DNA from: Pseudodesulfovibrio mercurii
GTDB lineage: Bacteria; Desulfobacterota; Desulfovibrionia; Desulfovibrionales; Desulfovibrionaceae
DNA: 32,000 nucleotides
Direction: 5' to 3'
NCBI RefSeq assembly: GCF_000189295.2
Contig: NC_016803.1
Coordinates: 1,290,001-1,322,000 of the forward strand
Positions 25,105-32,000 of this stretch are shown here, piece by piece. The position numbers and the translations under genes are program-made. Numbering within the stretch: the first letter of the stretch is position 1; every line of letters starts with the position of its first letter. The notes beneath the pieces are model-generated. The model had not been told where the DNA came from, made no database searches, and worked only from the letters and a program-made list of their open reading frames with translations.

Positions 25105-26427
25105 TCATTTCGGCTTCCTCATGGTGTACCGCCTTCTTCCGGCAAGGGGGGCATTCTCCGGCAGGTCCGGGGTTTCCGACGGGACCGGGGCTTCCCGGAC
25201 CGGGACTTCCGCTACCGGGACTTCCACCGGGAAGGGGCTCTCCATGGTCAGGACCCGCTCACGGATCATGGCGATGCTCAAGACGAAATAGAGGACGATG
25301 TGGTAGCCCCAGGAGAGGAACATGCCTCCGGCCATGAAGCCTATCAGAGCCAATCTGATCCCCCGCCCGAGCCAATCGTTCTCGTCCGTGGGCTTGGCCC
25401 GCTTGTACGCGGAAAAGAGCATGCCCATGAACACGATGAAACCGGGGATGCCCAGTTCGACGCCCACCTGAATAAAGGAATTGTGCGCCTCGCTCCAACG
25501 GCCGCCGGAGTTGACCTGTCCTTCCGCCACCCGGAAGGTATCGACGCCGGTGCCCAGTATCGGATTCCGCTTGAACAGGGTCCACCCGTTCTCCCAGATA
25601 TCCATCCGGCCCCCCTTGGACGTCATGTTGTAATCGCTTTCCAGGGTGAAGACGGAACTGAACCGGGCCAGATCCTCGGCGGGGGCGAGCGCCATGATGA
25701 CCGCCAGGGCCAGGGCGCCCAACAGGCCGATCCGGACCATCCCCTTGAACCCCTTGGAGAACCCCCAGGCCGCCACGGTGACGAGGGCCGCCACCAGGCC
25801 GCCCCTGGACTGGGTCAGGACCACGGCGCCTACGCCGATGACGGTGAGCAGGTACAGTCCCCACTTGTACATCGGCTTGACGAACTTGGCGGACGGCAGG
25901 ATGAGGGCGAGCCCCATGATGAAAAAGAGCGCGGTGTCGTTGGGATCGTAGGACCAGTTCGCCGCGACCCTGTTCCCCTCGACGTACCTCGGGGCGACGA
26001 AGCAGATCACCCCCATGACGAACAGGGTCAGCGCTATCCCGCCCAGGCTGTACCGGAAATCGTCCCGCTGGTTCACCTGGCAGTTGAGCGCCAGCAGAAC
26101 GACACAGAAATACATGCAGAATTCCTTGAAGAAGGAAAGCGAATGGGATGGATAGATGCCCGTGAAGATGCTGACGAACATGATCGCCAGCATGGCGGCG
26201 AACCAGCGGAAGGTCATGGAGCGCCAGAACAATGCCAGCCGAGGCTTGGCCAGGCCCTGGTGCGACACAATCGCCAGCATGAGCACGATGGACATGACCA
26301 GGACCAGGCGCAGGGGCCACAGTACGCGAAAGACCTCCTGGACCCGTCCGAGCAGGATGAGCGGCATGGCCATCAGCAGCCAGTCCATAAAACGTGGCCG
26401 CCTTACGGGGCCGAACGCCTGATTCAT
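25105..26427 (-). CDS. wzy: O-antigen ligase/polymerase family membrane protein (Wzy-like)
   Basis: 440 aa starting MNQAFGP (the ATG at 26427 overlaps the upstream stop as ATGA). Multiple TM spans, LTQSRGGLVAAL, a periplasmic loop with GTGVDTF..SEAHNSFIQVGVELGIPGF (Wzy_C-like), and a Pro/Glu/Val-rich C-terminal tail. The 811-aa ORF-track model is an artefactual 5' extension. Confidence 0.85.
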   Translation of the reverse strand: MNQAFGPVRRPRFMDWLLMAMPLILLGRVQEVFRVLWPLRLVLVMSIVLMLAIVSHQGLAKPRLALFWRSMTFRWFAAMLAIMFVSIFTGIYPSHSLSFFKEFCMYFCVVLLALNCQVNQRDDFRYSLGGIALTLFVMGVICFVAPRYVEGNRVAANWSYDPNDTALFFIMGLALILPSAKFVKPMYKWGLYLLTVIGVGAVVLTQSRGGLVAALVTVAAWGFSKGFKGMVRIGLLGALALAVIMALAPAEDLARFSSVFTLESDYNMTSKGGRMDIWENGWTLFKRNPILGTGVDTFRVAEGQVNSGGRWSEAHNSFIQVGVELGIPGFIVFMGMLFSAYKRAKPTDENDWLGRGIRLALIGFMAGGMFLSWGYHIVLYFVLSIAMIRERVLTMESPFPVEVPVAEVPVREAPVPSETPDLPENAPLAGRRRYTMRKPK

Positions 26428-27638
26428 TGTGCGGTCTCCCGTAATTTCACGCCCTCGGCCACTTCGCCGTAAAAGGCGACGTGCCGGCGGGCCCAGTCCC
26501 GGGTCCCGAATTTCCGGCCGGTCTGGTCGAATGCGGCCCTGCCGTGGCGCTGCCTGAGCTCGCCGCTGCTTACGTAGGCGGCATACCCCTCCCAGAGGGC
26601 GGCCAGGTCGCCGGTGGGATACAGGGTCCCGTCGAGGCCGCTTTCGACCACGTCCACGTTCCCGCCCACGGCGGGGGCCACGATGGGGAGCCCGTAGGAA
26701 CGCGCTTCCAGCAGGCACATGGGCGTGCCCTCCCAGGTGGATGTCTGGACCAGGATATCCGCCCCCCGATAGACCGTGTCCATGTCCGAAACGAACCCGG
26801 TGAAGACCACCCGATGACGGATGCCGAGGGATTCGGCCAGGGCCTCCATGTCGGCCTGCAACTCGCCGTTGCCGACGATGAGGTAATTGATGTTCGAGCC
26901 CGGATTCTCCGTCATTTCCCGCCGGATCAGCTCCAGGTACAGGGGGAAGTTCTTCTGCGGGCAGATCCTGCCCACGTTGATGACCACCAGCCCTTCGGGG
27001 TCGAGGCCGTACCGTTCGACCAGTTCCCTGCGGGCCTCGGCCCTGCCGGATTCCAGGGCCGCGTACTCGGGCTCGGGCCGTTTGATGGCGTTGATGATGG
27101 ACGCGGTCCGGACCTTGCCCGGATCGGGGAAGGAACTGGCCAGAATCTCCCTGGAACAACCGATGACGCCGTCCGACATGCGCAGGCCGATCAGCTGGCA
27201 GTTCCGGATGAACCAGGACATGGCCCCGGAGGGCAGGACAAGGCCGTGCAGGGTGTAGACGACCGAGCCGTCGAGCAGGCCGAGCATGCGCATGAGCACC
27301 GCGTAGTACAGGGACTTGTAGCAGTGGCAGTGAACGACCCGGACGCCCTGCTCGCGGAGACTGGCGGCCAGCCGGTACAGGAGTCTCGGGGAAAACCGGC
27401 TGTGGGTGCGGAACACGCGGGCGAACCGGCTGACGTCCCCCAGGGCGTTCATCAGGTTGTCGTTCCGCTGCGCACCGGCCCGTTCCTCGACCACCACGTA
27501 GAGCAGACATTCCAGGCCCAGCCCGCGAAGGCTGCGGCACAACTCCACCGCGACCTTTTCCCGGCCGCCGAAGTCGCCGGAAAAGGAGACGTGGGCGATG
27601 GCGCCCGTCCCGGGACTATGCTGCGTTGAACCGGTCAT
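26424..27638 (-). CDS. Family-4 (GT1-fold) glycosyltransferase
   Basis: GGREKVAVELCRSL, VVHCHCYKS, then VQTSTWEGTPMCLLEARSYGLPIVAPAVGGNVDVVESGLDGTL. The start lies 1 nt after the upstream stop. Confidence 0.85.
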   Translation of the reverse strand: MTGSTQHSPGTGAIAHVSFSGDFGGREKVAVELCRSLRGLGLECLLYVVVEERAGAQRNDNLMNALGDVSRFARVFRTHSRFSPRLLYRLAASLREQGVRVVHCHCYKSLYYAVLMRMLGLLDGSVVYTLHGLVLPSGAMSWFIRNCQLIGLRMSDGVIGCSREILASSFPDPGKVRTASIINAIKRPEPEYAALESGRAEARRELVERYGLDPEGLVVINVGRICPQKNFPLYLELIRREMTENPGSNINYLIVGNGELQADMEALAESLGIRHRVVFTGFVSDMDTVYRGADILVQTSTWEGTPMCLLEARSYGLPIVAPAVGGNVDVVESGLDGTLYPTGDLAALWEGYAAYVSSGELRQRHGRAAFDQTGRKFGTRDWARRHVAFYGEVAEGVKLRETAQ

Positions 27639-27639
27639 G

Positions 27640-30465
27640 CTACCCCTGCGGCCTGCTGATGCCCACGGTGACGGTTTTGGCCTGGTGGCGGATGGTGTCG
27701 ATGGGGCGGGTCATTTCTTCGATGGCCTTGTTCAGGATGGTCAGGATGTCGGCGAGGCGCGCCTCGGTGGCGCAGATGGCCTCGGACTGGTTGACCAGCC
27801 AGAGCATGTAGTTGGCCAGGCTTGCGGCCACCCGGGCGGGCAGGGCCGAGTCCGTGGCGCCCGAGGCGATGCGCTCCACGCACAGGTTCAGGGCCGTCAG
27901 CAGCGCGGCGCGGTCGAAGGTGGCCGTGTTTTCGAGCATCCCGCCGATGAGCACGCGCGCCTTGCGGAAGGGCTCGGCGTGGGAGTCGATGGCCTTGGCC
28001 GCGGACACGCCCCACCAGTGGCCGGCCACGGTCTCGAGCACGAAGTCCAGGCCGCCGCCCGCGCGGGGCACCTTGACGGTCGCCTCGGCCACGCGGTCGA
28101 AGCGGTCCTCGTCCTCGGCGCAGAACACGATGGGCGAGCCGTTGTGCGCCTTGAAGATGGTCGTCTCCTTGACCGTGTCCGTGACGACCATCTCGGGCAG
28201 ATCCGAGGCCATGACCAGGGTCAGGGGCTCGGTGGACAGGTCGATGTGCTTCTTGTCCTCGGTGACGTCGCACGGGATGGATTTATAGCACAATTCCGAG
28301 AGCTTGATGCGCACTTCCTGGGCCGCGATGCAGTTCGCGCCGTTGCCGACCAGGGCCCAGTAGCGGTGCACCGGGGCGTACTTGCGGGCCACCTCGGCGA
28401 TCTGCTCCTTGTTTTCCAGGACCTTGTCGATCAGCCCGGGCAGCCCCTCCAAGGCCTCGATCTCCTTGAGGATCGTCCCCTTGTCCAGGGTGCCGAGGAT
28501 GTCCGCCAGCCAGAGGGACAGGAGCTTGCCCGCCGCGATCTGGGAGTAGAACGCCTTGGTCGAGGCAACGGCCATCTCCACGTCGCGGCCGTTGGAGGTG
28601 TAGATGTGCGAGTCCGACTTCTGGACCAGGGGCGAGTTGCGCCGGTTGACGATGCAATTGACCCACGCGCCCCGGTCGCGGCACAGGTCCACCACCCGGT
28701 TGGTGTCCGTGGTCGTGCCCGACTGGGAGACCGGGATCAGGAACACGTCGTCCATGCGCTCGTCGCCCATGAAGCCGATGAGTTCGGAGCCGGTGTAGGA
28801 CTCGATGGACATGCCCGTGTCGGCCAGGGTGCGGCGCAGGAGCTGGGCCACGGCCATGGCGGCCACGGCAGCCGTGCCCTGGCCCACGCAGATGATCCGG
28901 CGGATGGGCCGGGTCGCGTCGCGGAACCGCTCCACCAGGGCCGGGCCGCGCCCGAAGCCCTCGGGCAGGAACTCCACCTCGCCGTTTTTCTTGAGATATT
29001 TTCCGTGCAGAGTGTTGCGCACCGAGTCCGGGGCCTCGTGGATTTCCTTCTCGATGTAGTGGGCGTACTCGCCCCGGAAGATGTCGCGCGAGAAGATCTC
29101 GATCTTCTCCTCGGCCAGCTCCACCGGCCCGCCGTTGTCCAAGTAGCGGGCCACGGGCACGGCGTCGGCCGGGTCGGTGTCGCGCAGGACCACGGACACC
29201 CCGCCCTGGCGGTGCACGGCCACCGGGAAGGAGCTGCGGGCCCGGGCGGCCATGCCGTAGGCCTCGCTGGCCACCAGCCAGCCGTCCTGGGTGCGGCCGA
29301 TGTAGAAGGACTGGCCCGACCCCTTCTGGGCCAGGAACTGGGAGTCGAAATCATTGAGGTTCTGCATGACCACGGCCAGCGACCCCTCGCACCGCCGGAG
29401 CACGTTGCGGAAGCGCTCCTCGGCGTCGCCGGTGTCCTCCACGCCCAGGTGGAAGAGCACGGGCAGGATCTTGGCGTCGGTCGAGATGGCGGGCGGGATG
29501 TGCGCGCCCTTGGACAGGACCGTCTCCTCGACCAGGGTGCGGTAGTTGTCCACGTCGCCGTTGAGCACGAACATGGTCTTTTCGAGCCCGGTGGACATGT
29601 CGCCCTCGACCAGGCCGTCGACCGGGTGGCAGTTGGGAACGGAGATGATCCCGTTGGAGGCCCAGCGGGTGTGGGCGATGATGTTCAGGGTTTCCAGCCC
29701 CTGGGACATGGTCCACAACAGGTCGTCATGCTTGATGAACTCGCGCAGGGCCGCGCCGTTGTCCCCGAGCTGGCCGACCAGCTGGGCGACCTTGTACAGG
29801 AAGCGGCAGGCGGTCCGGCCGTCGTTGAGCTTGCGCACCAGGACCTGGCGGGTGTCGGCGTTGCCGATGGAGCTGCGCTCGGCCAGTTCCTGTTTCTGCG
29901 CCGGGGTCAGGTCGACCTCGGGGTCCACGCCCGCGGGCAGGACAAAGGCCAGGGCCACGCCCGCCGAGTCGCGGCCGCGCACCTCGAGCTTGTCGATGGA
30001 CTGCAGGACCTGCTCGGCCCCCCAGGCCAGGAAATGGCGGTCGCGCGCCTCGGGGTTCGCGGCCAGTTCGCCGGGCATGAGCGCCAGGGTCCGGTCCACG
30101 TTGACCAGGACCTCGCGCTCGATCTGCCACAGGTAGTCGTCCAGGGCCTCGCGCAGGGACTCCAGCGCATCCGTGCGCGGCCCCTGCTCCAGCTTGACGG
30201 CGGCCGCGTTGCGCAGCGCCCGGATGGAGTCCCGGATGCCCGACAACGCCCGCCGCGCCTCGGGATCGCCCACCAGCCGCATATGCAGCCCGAAGGACAT
30301 GAGGTCGTAAAACCGCCCGGCCAGCTCCGCCAAAGGACCGGCGGCCGAAAGCAGGTCGTCACTCTTCCGGGCCTCGGCAAAGGACGCGTCGAGCCCGCCC
30401 AGCCAGGACACGTCGGGCACGGTCAGCCACAGCCTGTTGCTCAAGAAACTCGCGATGCCGCACAT
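27640..30465 (-). CDS. Atypical 941-aa GlmS-like class-II glutamine amidotransferase with tandem SIS domains (sugar-phosphate aminotransferase)
   Basis: GGAGAGGGAG RBS. N-terminal MCGI nucleophile, then LEVRGRDSAG only at aa 160-169. Further motifs are IIAHTRWASNG, VLNGDVDNY, STDAKIL and HYIEKEIHEAPDSVRNTL. SIS1 has VGQGTA..VSQSGTTTDT..VASTKAF and SIS2 has LVGNGANCIAAQEVRIKLSE..KKH. The C-tail is HQAKTVTVGISRPQG (compare GlmS LAKSVTVE). Confidence 0.85.
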   Translation of the reverse strand: MCGIASFLSNRLWLTVPDVSWLGGLDASFAEARKSDDLLSAAGPLAELAGRFYDLMSFGLHMRLVGDPEARRALSGIRDSIRALRNAAAVKLEQGPRTDALESLREALDDYLWQIEREVLVNVDRTLALMPGELAANPEARDRHFLAWGAEQVLQSIDKLEVRGRDSAGVALAFVLPAGVDPEVDLTPAQKQELAERSSIGNADTRQVLVRKLNDGRTACRFLYKVAQLVGQLGDNGAALREFIKHDDLLWTMSQGLETLNIIAHTRWASNGIISVPNCHPVDGLVEGDMSTGLEKTMFVLNGDVDNYRTLVEETVLSKGAHIPPAISTDAKILPVLFHLGVEDTGDAEERFRNVLRRCEGSLAVVMQNLNDFDSQFLAQKGSGQSFYIGRTQDGWLVASEAYGMAARARSSFPVAVHRQGGVSVVLRDTDPADAVPVARYLDNGGPVELAEEKIEIFSRDIFRGEYAHYIEKEIHEAPDSVRNTLHGKYLKKNGEVEFLPEGFGRGPALVERFRDATRPIRRIICVGQGTAAVAAMAVAQLLRRTLADTGMSIESYTGSELIGFMGDERMDDVFLIPVSQSGTTTDTNRVVDLCRDRGAWVNCIVNRRNSPLVQKSDSHIYTSNGRDVEMAVASTKAFYSQIAAGKLLSLWLADILGTLDKGTILKEIEALEGLPGLIDKVLENKEQIAEVARKYAPVHRYWALVGNGANCIAAQEVRIKLSELCYKSIPCDVTEDKKHIDLSTEPLTLVMASDLPEMVVTDTVKETTIFKAHNGSPIVFCAEDEDRFDRVAEATVKVPRAGGGLDFVLETVAGHWWGVSAAKAIDSHAEPFRKARVLIGGMLENTATFDRAALLTALNLCVERIASGATDSALPARVAASLANYMLWLVNQSEAICATEARLADILTILNKAIEEMTRPIDTIRHQAKTVTVGISRPQG

Positions 30466-30497
30466 GATGCTCCCTCTCCTTGTCGTCGCGGACGGCG

Positions 30498-31901
30498 CTA
30501 GCGTTTGTACTTGTCCTCAAGGCGGACGATGTCGTCCTCGCCCAGATAACTGCCGGTCTGGACCTCGATGAGCTCCAGGAGGATCTTGCCCGGATTTTCA
30601 AGCCGGTGGACGTTGCCCAGGGGGATGTAGGTGGATTCGTCCTCGCCGAGGAGGAACTCCTTGTCGCCGTTGACGATCTTGGCAGTTCCCTTGACCACCA
30701 CCCAGTGCTCGGCCCGGTGGAAATGCTTTTGCAGGGACAGGACCTCGCCCGGTTTGACGATGATCCGCTTGACCTGGAAACGGTCGTCCGCCGAAATGGA
30801 CTCGAAGCTGCCCCAGGGGCGGTAGACCACCTTGTGCGCCTCGGTCTCGGGGCGCTTGGCGGCCTTGAGGCGGCGGATGACCGACTTCATGTTGTCCAGC
30901 TTGTCGTTGGCGGCCACGAAGACCGCGTCCTGGGTCTCCACCACGGTGGCGTTGTCGAGCCCCAGGGTGACCACCAGCCGCCCGGAGGAGCGCACGTAGC
31001 TGTTGTGCGTGTCCTCGGCGACCACGTCCCCGAGCAGGCTGTTGCCCGCCGCGTCGCGGGGGTGCATGTCGTGCAGGCTCTTCCAGGAGCCCAGGTCGCG
31101 CCAGGCCATGTCGATGGGCACCACCTCGATGGAATTGACCTTCTCCATGACCGCGTAGTCGATGGAGTCCGACGGGCAGCGCCCGAAATCCTCCTCGCCC
31201 AGCCGGATGAAGTCCAGATCCTTGTAGCTGTTGGCCACGGCCGTCCGGCAGCTGTCGAGGATGGCCGGGGCGTGCTCGGCCAGGGCGTCCAGGTAGCTCG
31301 ACGCCTTGAACAGAAAAATGCCGCTGTTCCAGAGGTACTGGCCCGAGGCCAAATATTCCTCGGCCGTCTCGCGCGCGGGTTTCTCCACGAAGCTGTCCAC
31401 GCCGAAGACGCCTTCGGACACGGCCCCGCCCTTGCGGATGTAGCCGTAGCCCGTGTGGGGGTGGTCCGGGACCACACCGAAGCAGACGAACCGGCCCTGT
31501 TCGGCGCGCTCGCAGCCCAGGGACACGGCCCGCCCGAAGGCCTCGGGGTCGGCGATGGAGTGGTCGGCGGGCATGACCAGCAGGACCGGATCGCCGCCGT
31601 GCTCCATGAGGGCGGCCACGGCCGCCGCCGGGGCGGTATTGCGGCCGAAGGGCTCCAGGACCATGCGCCCGGAGGTGCCGAGCTTGCGCAACTGTTCGGC
31701 CACCAGGAAGCGGTACTCGGTGTTGCAGACCACGATGGGTTCCACCGCCTCGGGCAGGGACGCGCAGCGCGCCACGGCGTCGGCAAAGAGCACGCGGCCC
31801 TCGGAGACCTCGATGAACTGTTTGGGGTACAGGGTCCGGGACAGGGGCCAGAGCCGGGTGCCCTCTCCGCCGCAAAGTATGACCGGTTGCAAAGACTTCA
31901 T
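30498..31901 (-). CDS. manC: Bifunctional mannose-1-phosphate guanylyltransferase / mannose-6-phosphate isomerase
   Basis: GGAGGAGAG RBS. Motifs are VILCGGEGTRLWPLSRTLYPKQF, LVMPADH, GYGYI, YLWNSGIFLF and a C-terminal cupin (RPWGSFESI, VKRIIVKPGE.LSLQKHFHRAEHWVVVKGTA, VHRLENPG, GEDDIVRLEDKY). Confidence 0.92.
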   Translation of the reverse strand: MKSLQPVILCGGEGTRLWPLSRTLYPKQFIEVSEGRVLFADAVARCASLPEAVEPIVVCNTEYRFLVAEQLRKLGTSGRMVLEPFGRNTAPAAAVAALMEHGGDPVLLVMPADHSIADPEAFGRAVSLGCERAEQGRFVCFGVVPDHPHTGYGYIRKGGAVSEGVFGVDSFVEKPARETAEEYLASGQYLWNSGIFLFKASSYLDALAEHAPAILDSCRTAVANSYKDLDFIRLGEEDFGRCPSDSIDYAVMEKVNSIEVVPIDMAWRDLGSWKSLHDMHPRDAAGNSLLGDVVAEDTHNSYVRSSGRLVVTLGLDNATVVETQDAVFVAANDKLDNMKSVIRRLKAAKRPETEAHKVVYRPWGSFESISADDRFQVKRIIVKPGEVLSLQKHFHRAEHWVVVKGTAKIVNGDKEFLLGEDESTYIPLGNVHRLENPGKILLELIEVQTGSYLGEDDIVRLEDKYKR

Positions 31902-31931
31902 GTTCTCTCCTCCACGTTATTGATGGAAAAC

Positions 31932-31959
31932 CCGCGCTGAAGGTTGCGCGGCCCCGCGC
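31932..31959 (-). terminator. GC-rich alternative hairpins downstream of the partial upstream gene; weak terminator candidate
   Basis: CCGCGC(31932-31937)/GCGCGG(31946-31951) and GCGCGG/CCGCGC(31954-31959). On the minus strand the distal stem is followed by GTTTTCC. Confidence 0.3.
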
Positions 31960-31961
31960 GG

Positions 31962-32000
31962 CTAGTCCCCTCTGATGCCGTGACGCTTCATCAGGTCGTA
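31962..32000 (-). CDS. 3' end of an unidentified minus-strand gene (last 12 codons plus stop); the tail resembles the end of a Fis-type HTH
   Basis: The reverse-complement translation is YDLMKRHGIRGD*. The pattern (hydrophobic-x-K-x-x-G-I) resembles bEBP/Fis C-termini, but 12 aa is too few to assign. Confidence 0.3.
   Translation of the reverse strand, partial: YDLMKRHGIRGD

Noticed and set aside
25105-27540. The 811-aa ORF-track model for the Wzy-like gene.
   Set aside because: Its first 371 codons are an Arg/Pro/Gly-rich read-through overlapping the GT4 gene at 26424-27638 in another frame. The membrane protein starts at ATG 26427 (MNQAFGP), which forms an ATGA overlap with the GT4 stop.
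27598-30501. A 967-aa plus-strand ORF antisense to the GlmS-like gene, and the 486-aa plus-strand ORF at 30480-31940 antisense to manC.
   Set aside because: They have no recognisable motifs and show biased G/R/A/V/H composition. The opposite strand encodes unmistakable GlmS and ManC motif series.
1-32000. A search by eye for CRISPR arrays, long direct or inverted repeats, transposase or integrase genes, tRNA or rRNA genes, and toxin-antitoxin or defence-island gene pairs.
   Set aside because: I saw no spaced repeat arrays, no recombinase-like ORFs and no cloverleaf-like or rRNA-like segments. The only repeats found are the short motifs reported under findings.

Overview
This is a high-GC window with dense coding and no rRNA, tRNA, CRISPR array, transposase or integrase that I could recognise. 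The bacterioferritin closely resembles my recollection of the Desulfovibrio desulfuricans Bfr, which suggests a Desulfovibrionaceae-type sulfate reducer; that taxon call is inference. All family assignments rest on motif and sequence recall, since no database search was possible.

Left part (1-11.2 kb), regulatory, ion-homeostasis and stress genes:
- A 5'-truncated sigma54-dependent activator.
- Convergent with it, a Lon protease carrying an inserted response-regulator receiver domain.
- A 700-nt AT-richer intergenic region with a duplicated motif and a sigma54-like promoter.
- A small hypothetical gene followed by an SLC13/TrkA-C permease.
- nhaB.
- An mgsA plus Cys-rich hypothetical pair, divergent from bfr.
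- A succinate-semialdehyde-type aldehyde dehydrogenase.

Right part (about 11.5-31.9 kb), one large Wzx/Wzy-type polysaccharide locus:
- On the + strand: an acyltransferase-3 gene, galE and a membrane GT2.
- On the - strand, a roughly 17-kb tightly coupled operon: manC, an oversized GlmS-like amidotransferase, GT4, a Wzy-like polymerase, three GT1/GT4-type genes, GT4, Wzx, GT2, a secreted DUF4091/GH123-like protein and GT4.

The most unusual items:
- The REC-inserted, N-domain-less Lon protease.
- The 941-aa GlmS homologue with two large insertions.
- The Cys-rich orphan co-transcribed with mgsA.
- The repeat and sigma54-like architecture of the 2.8-3.5 kb intergenic region.
- A low-GC two-gene cassette inside the polysaccharide operon.
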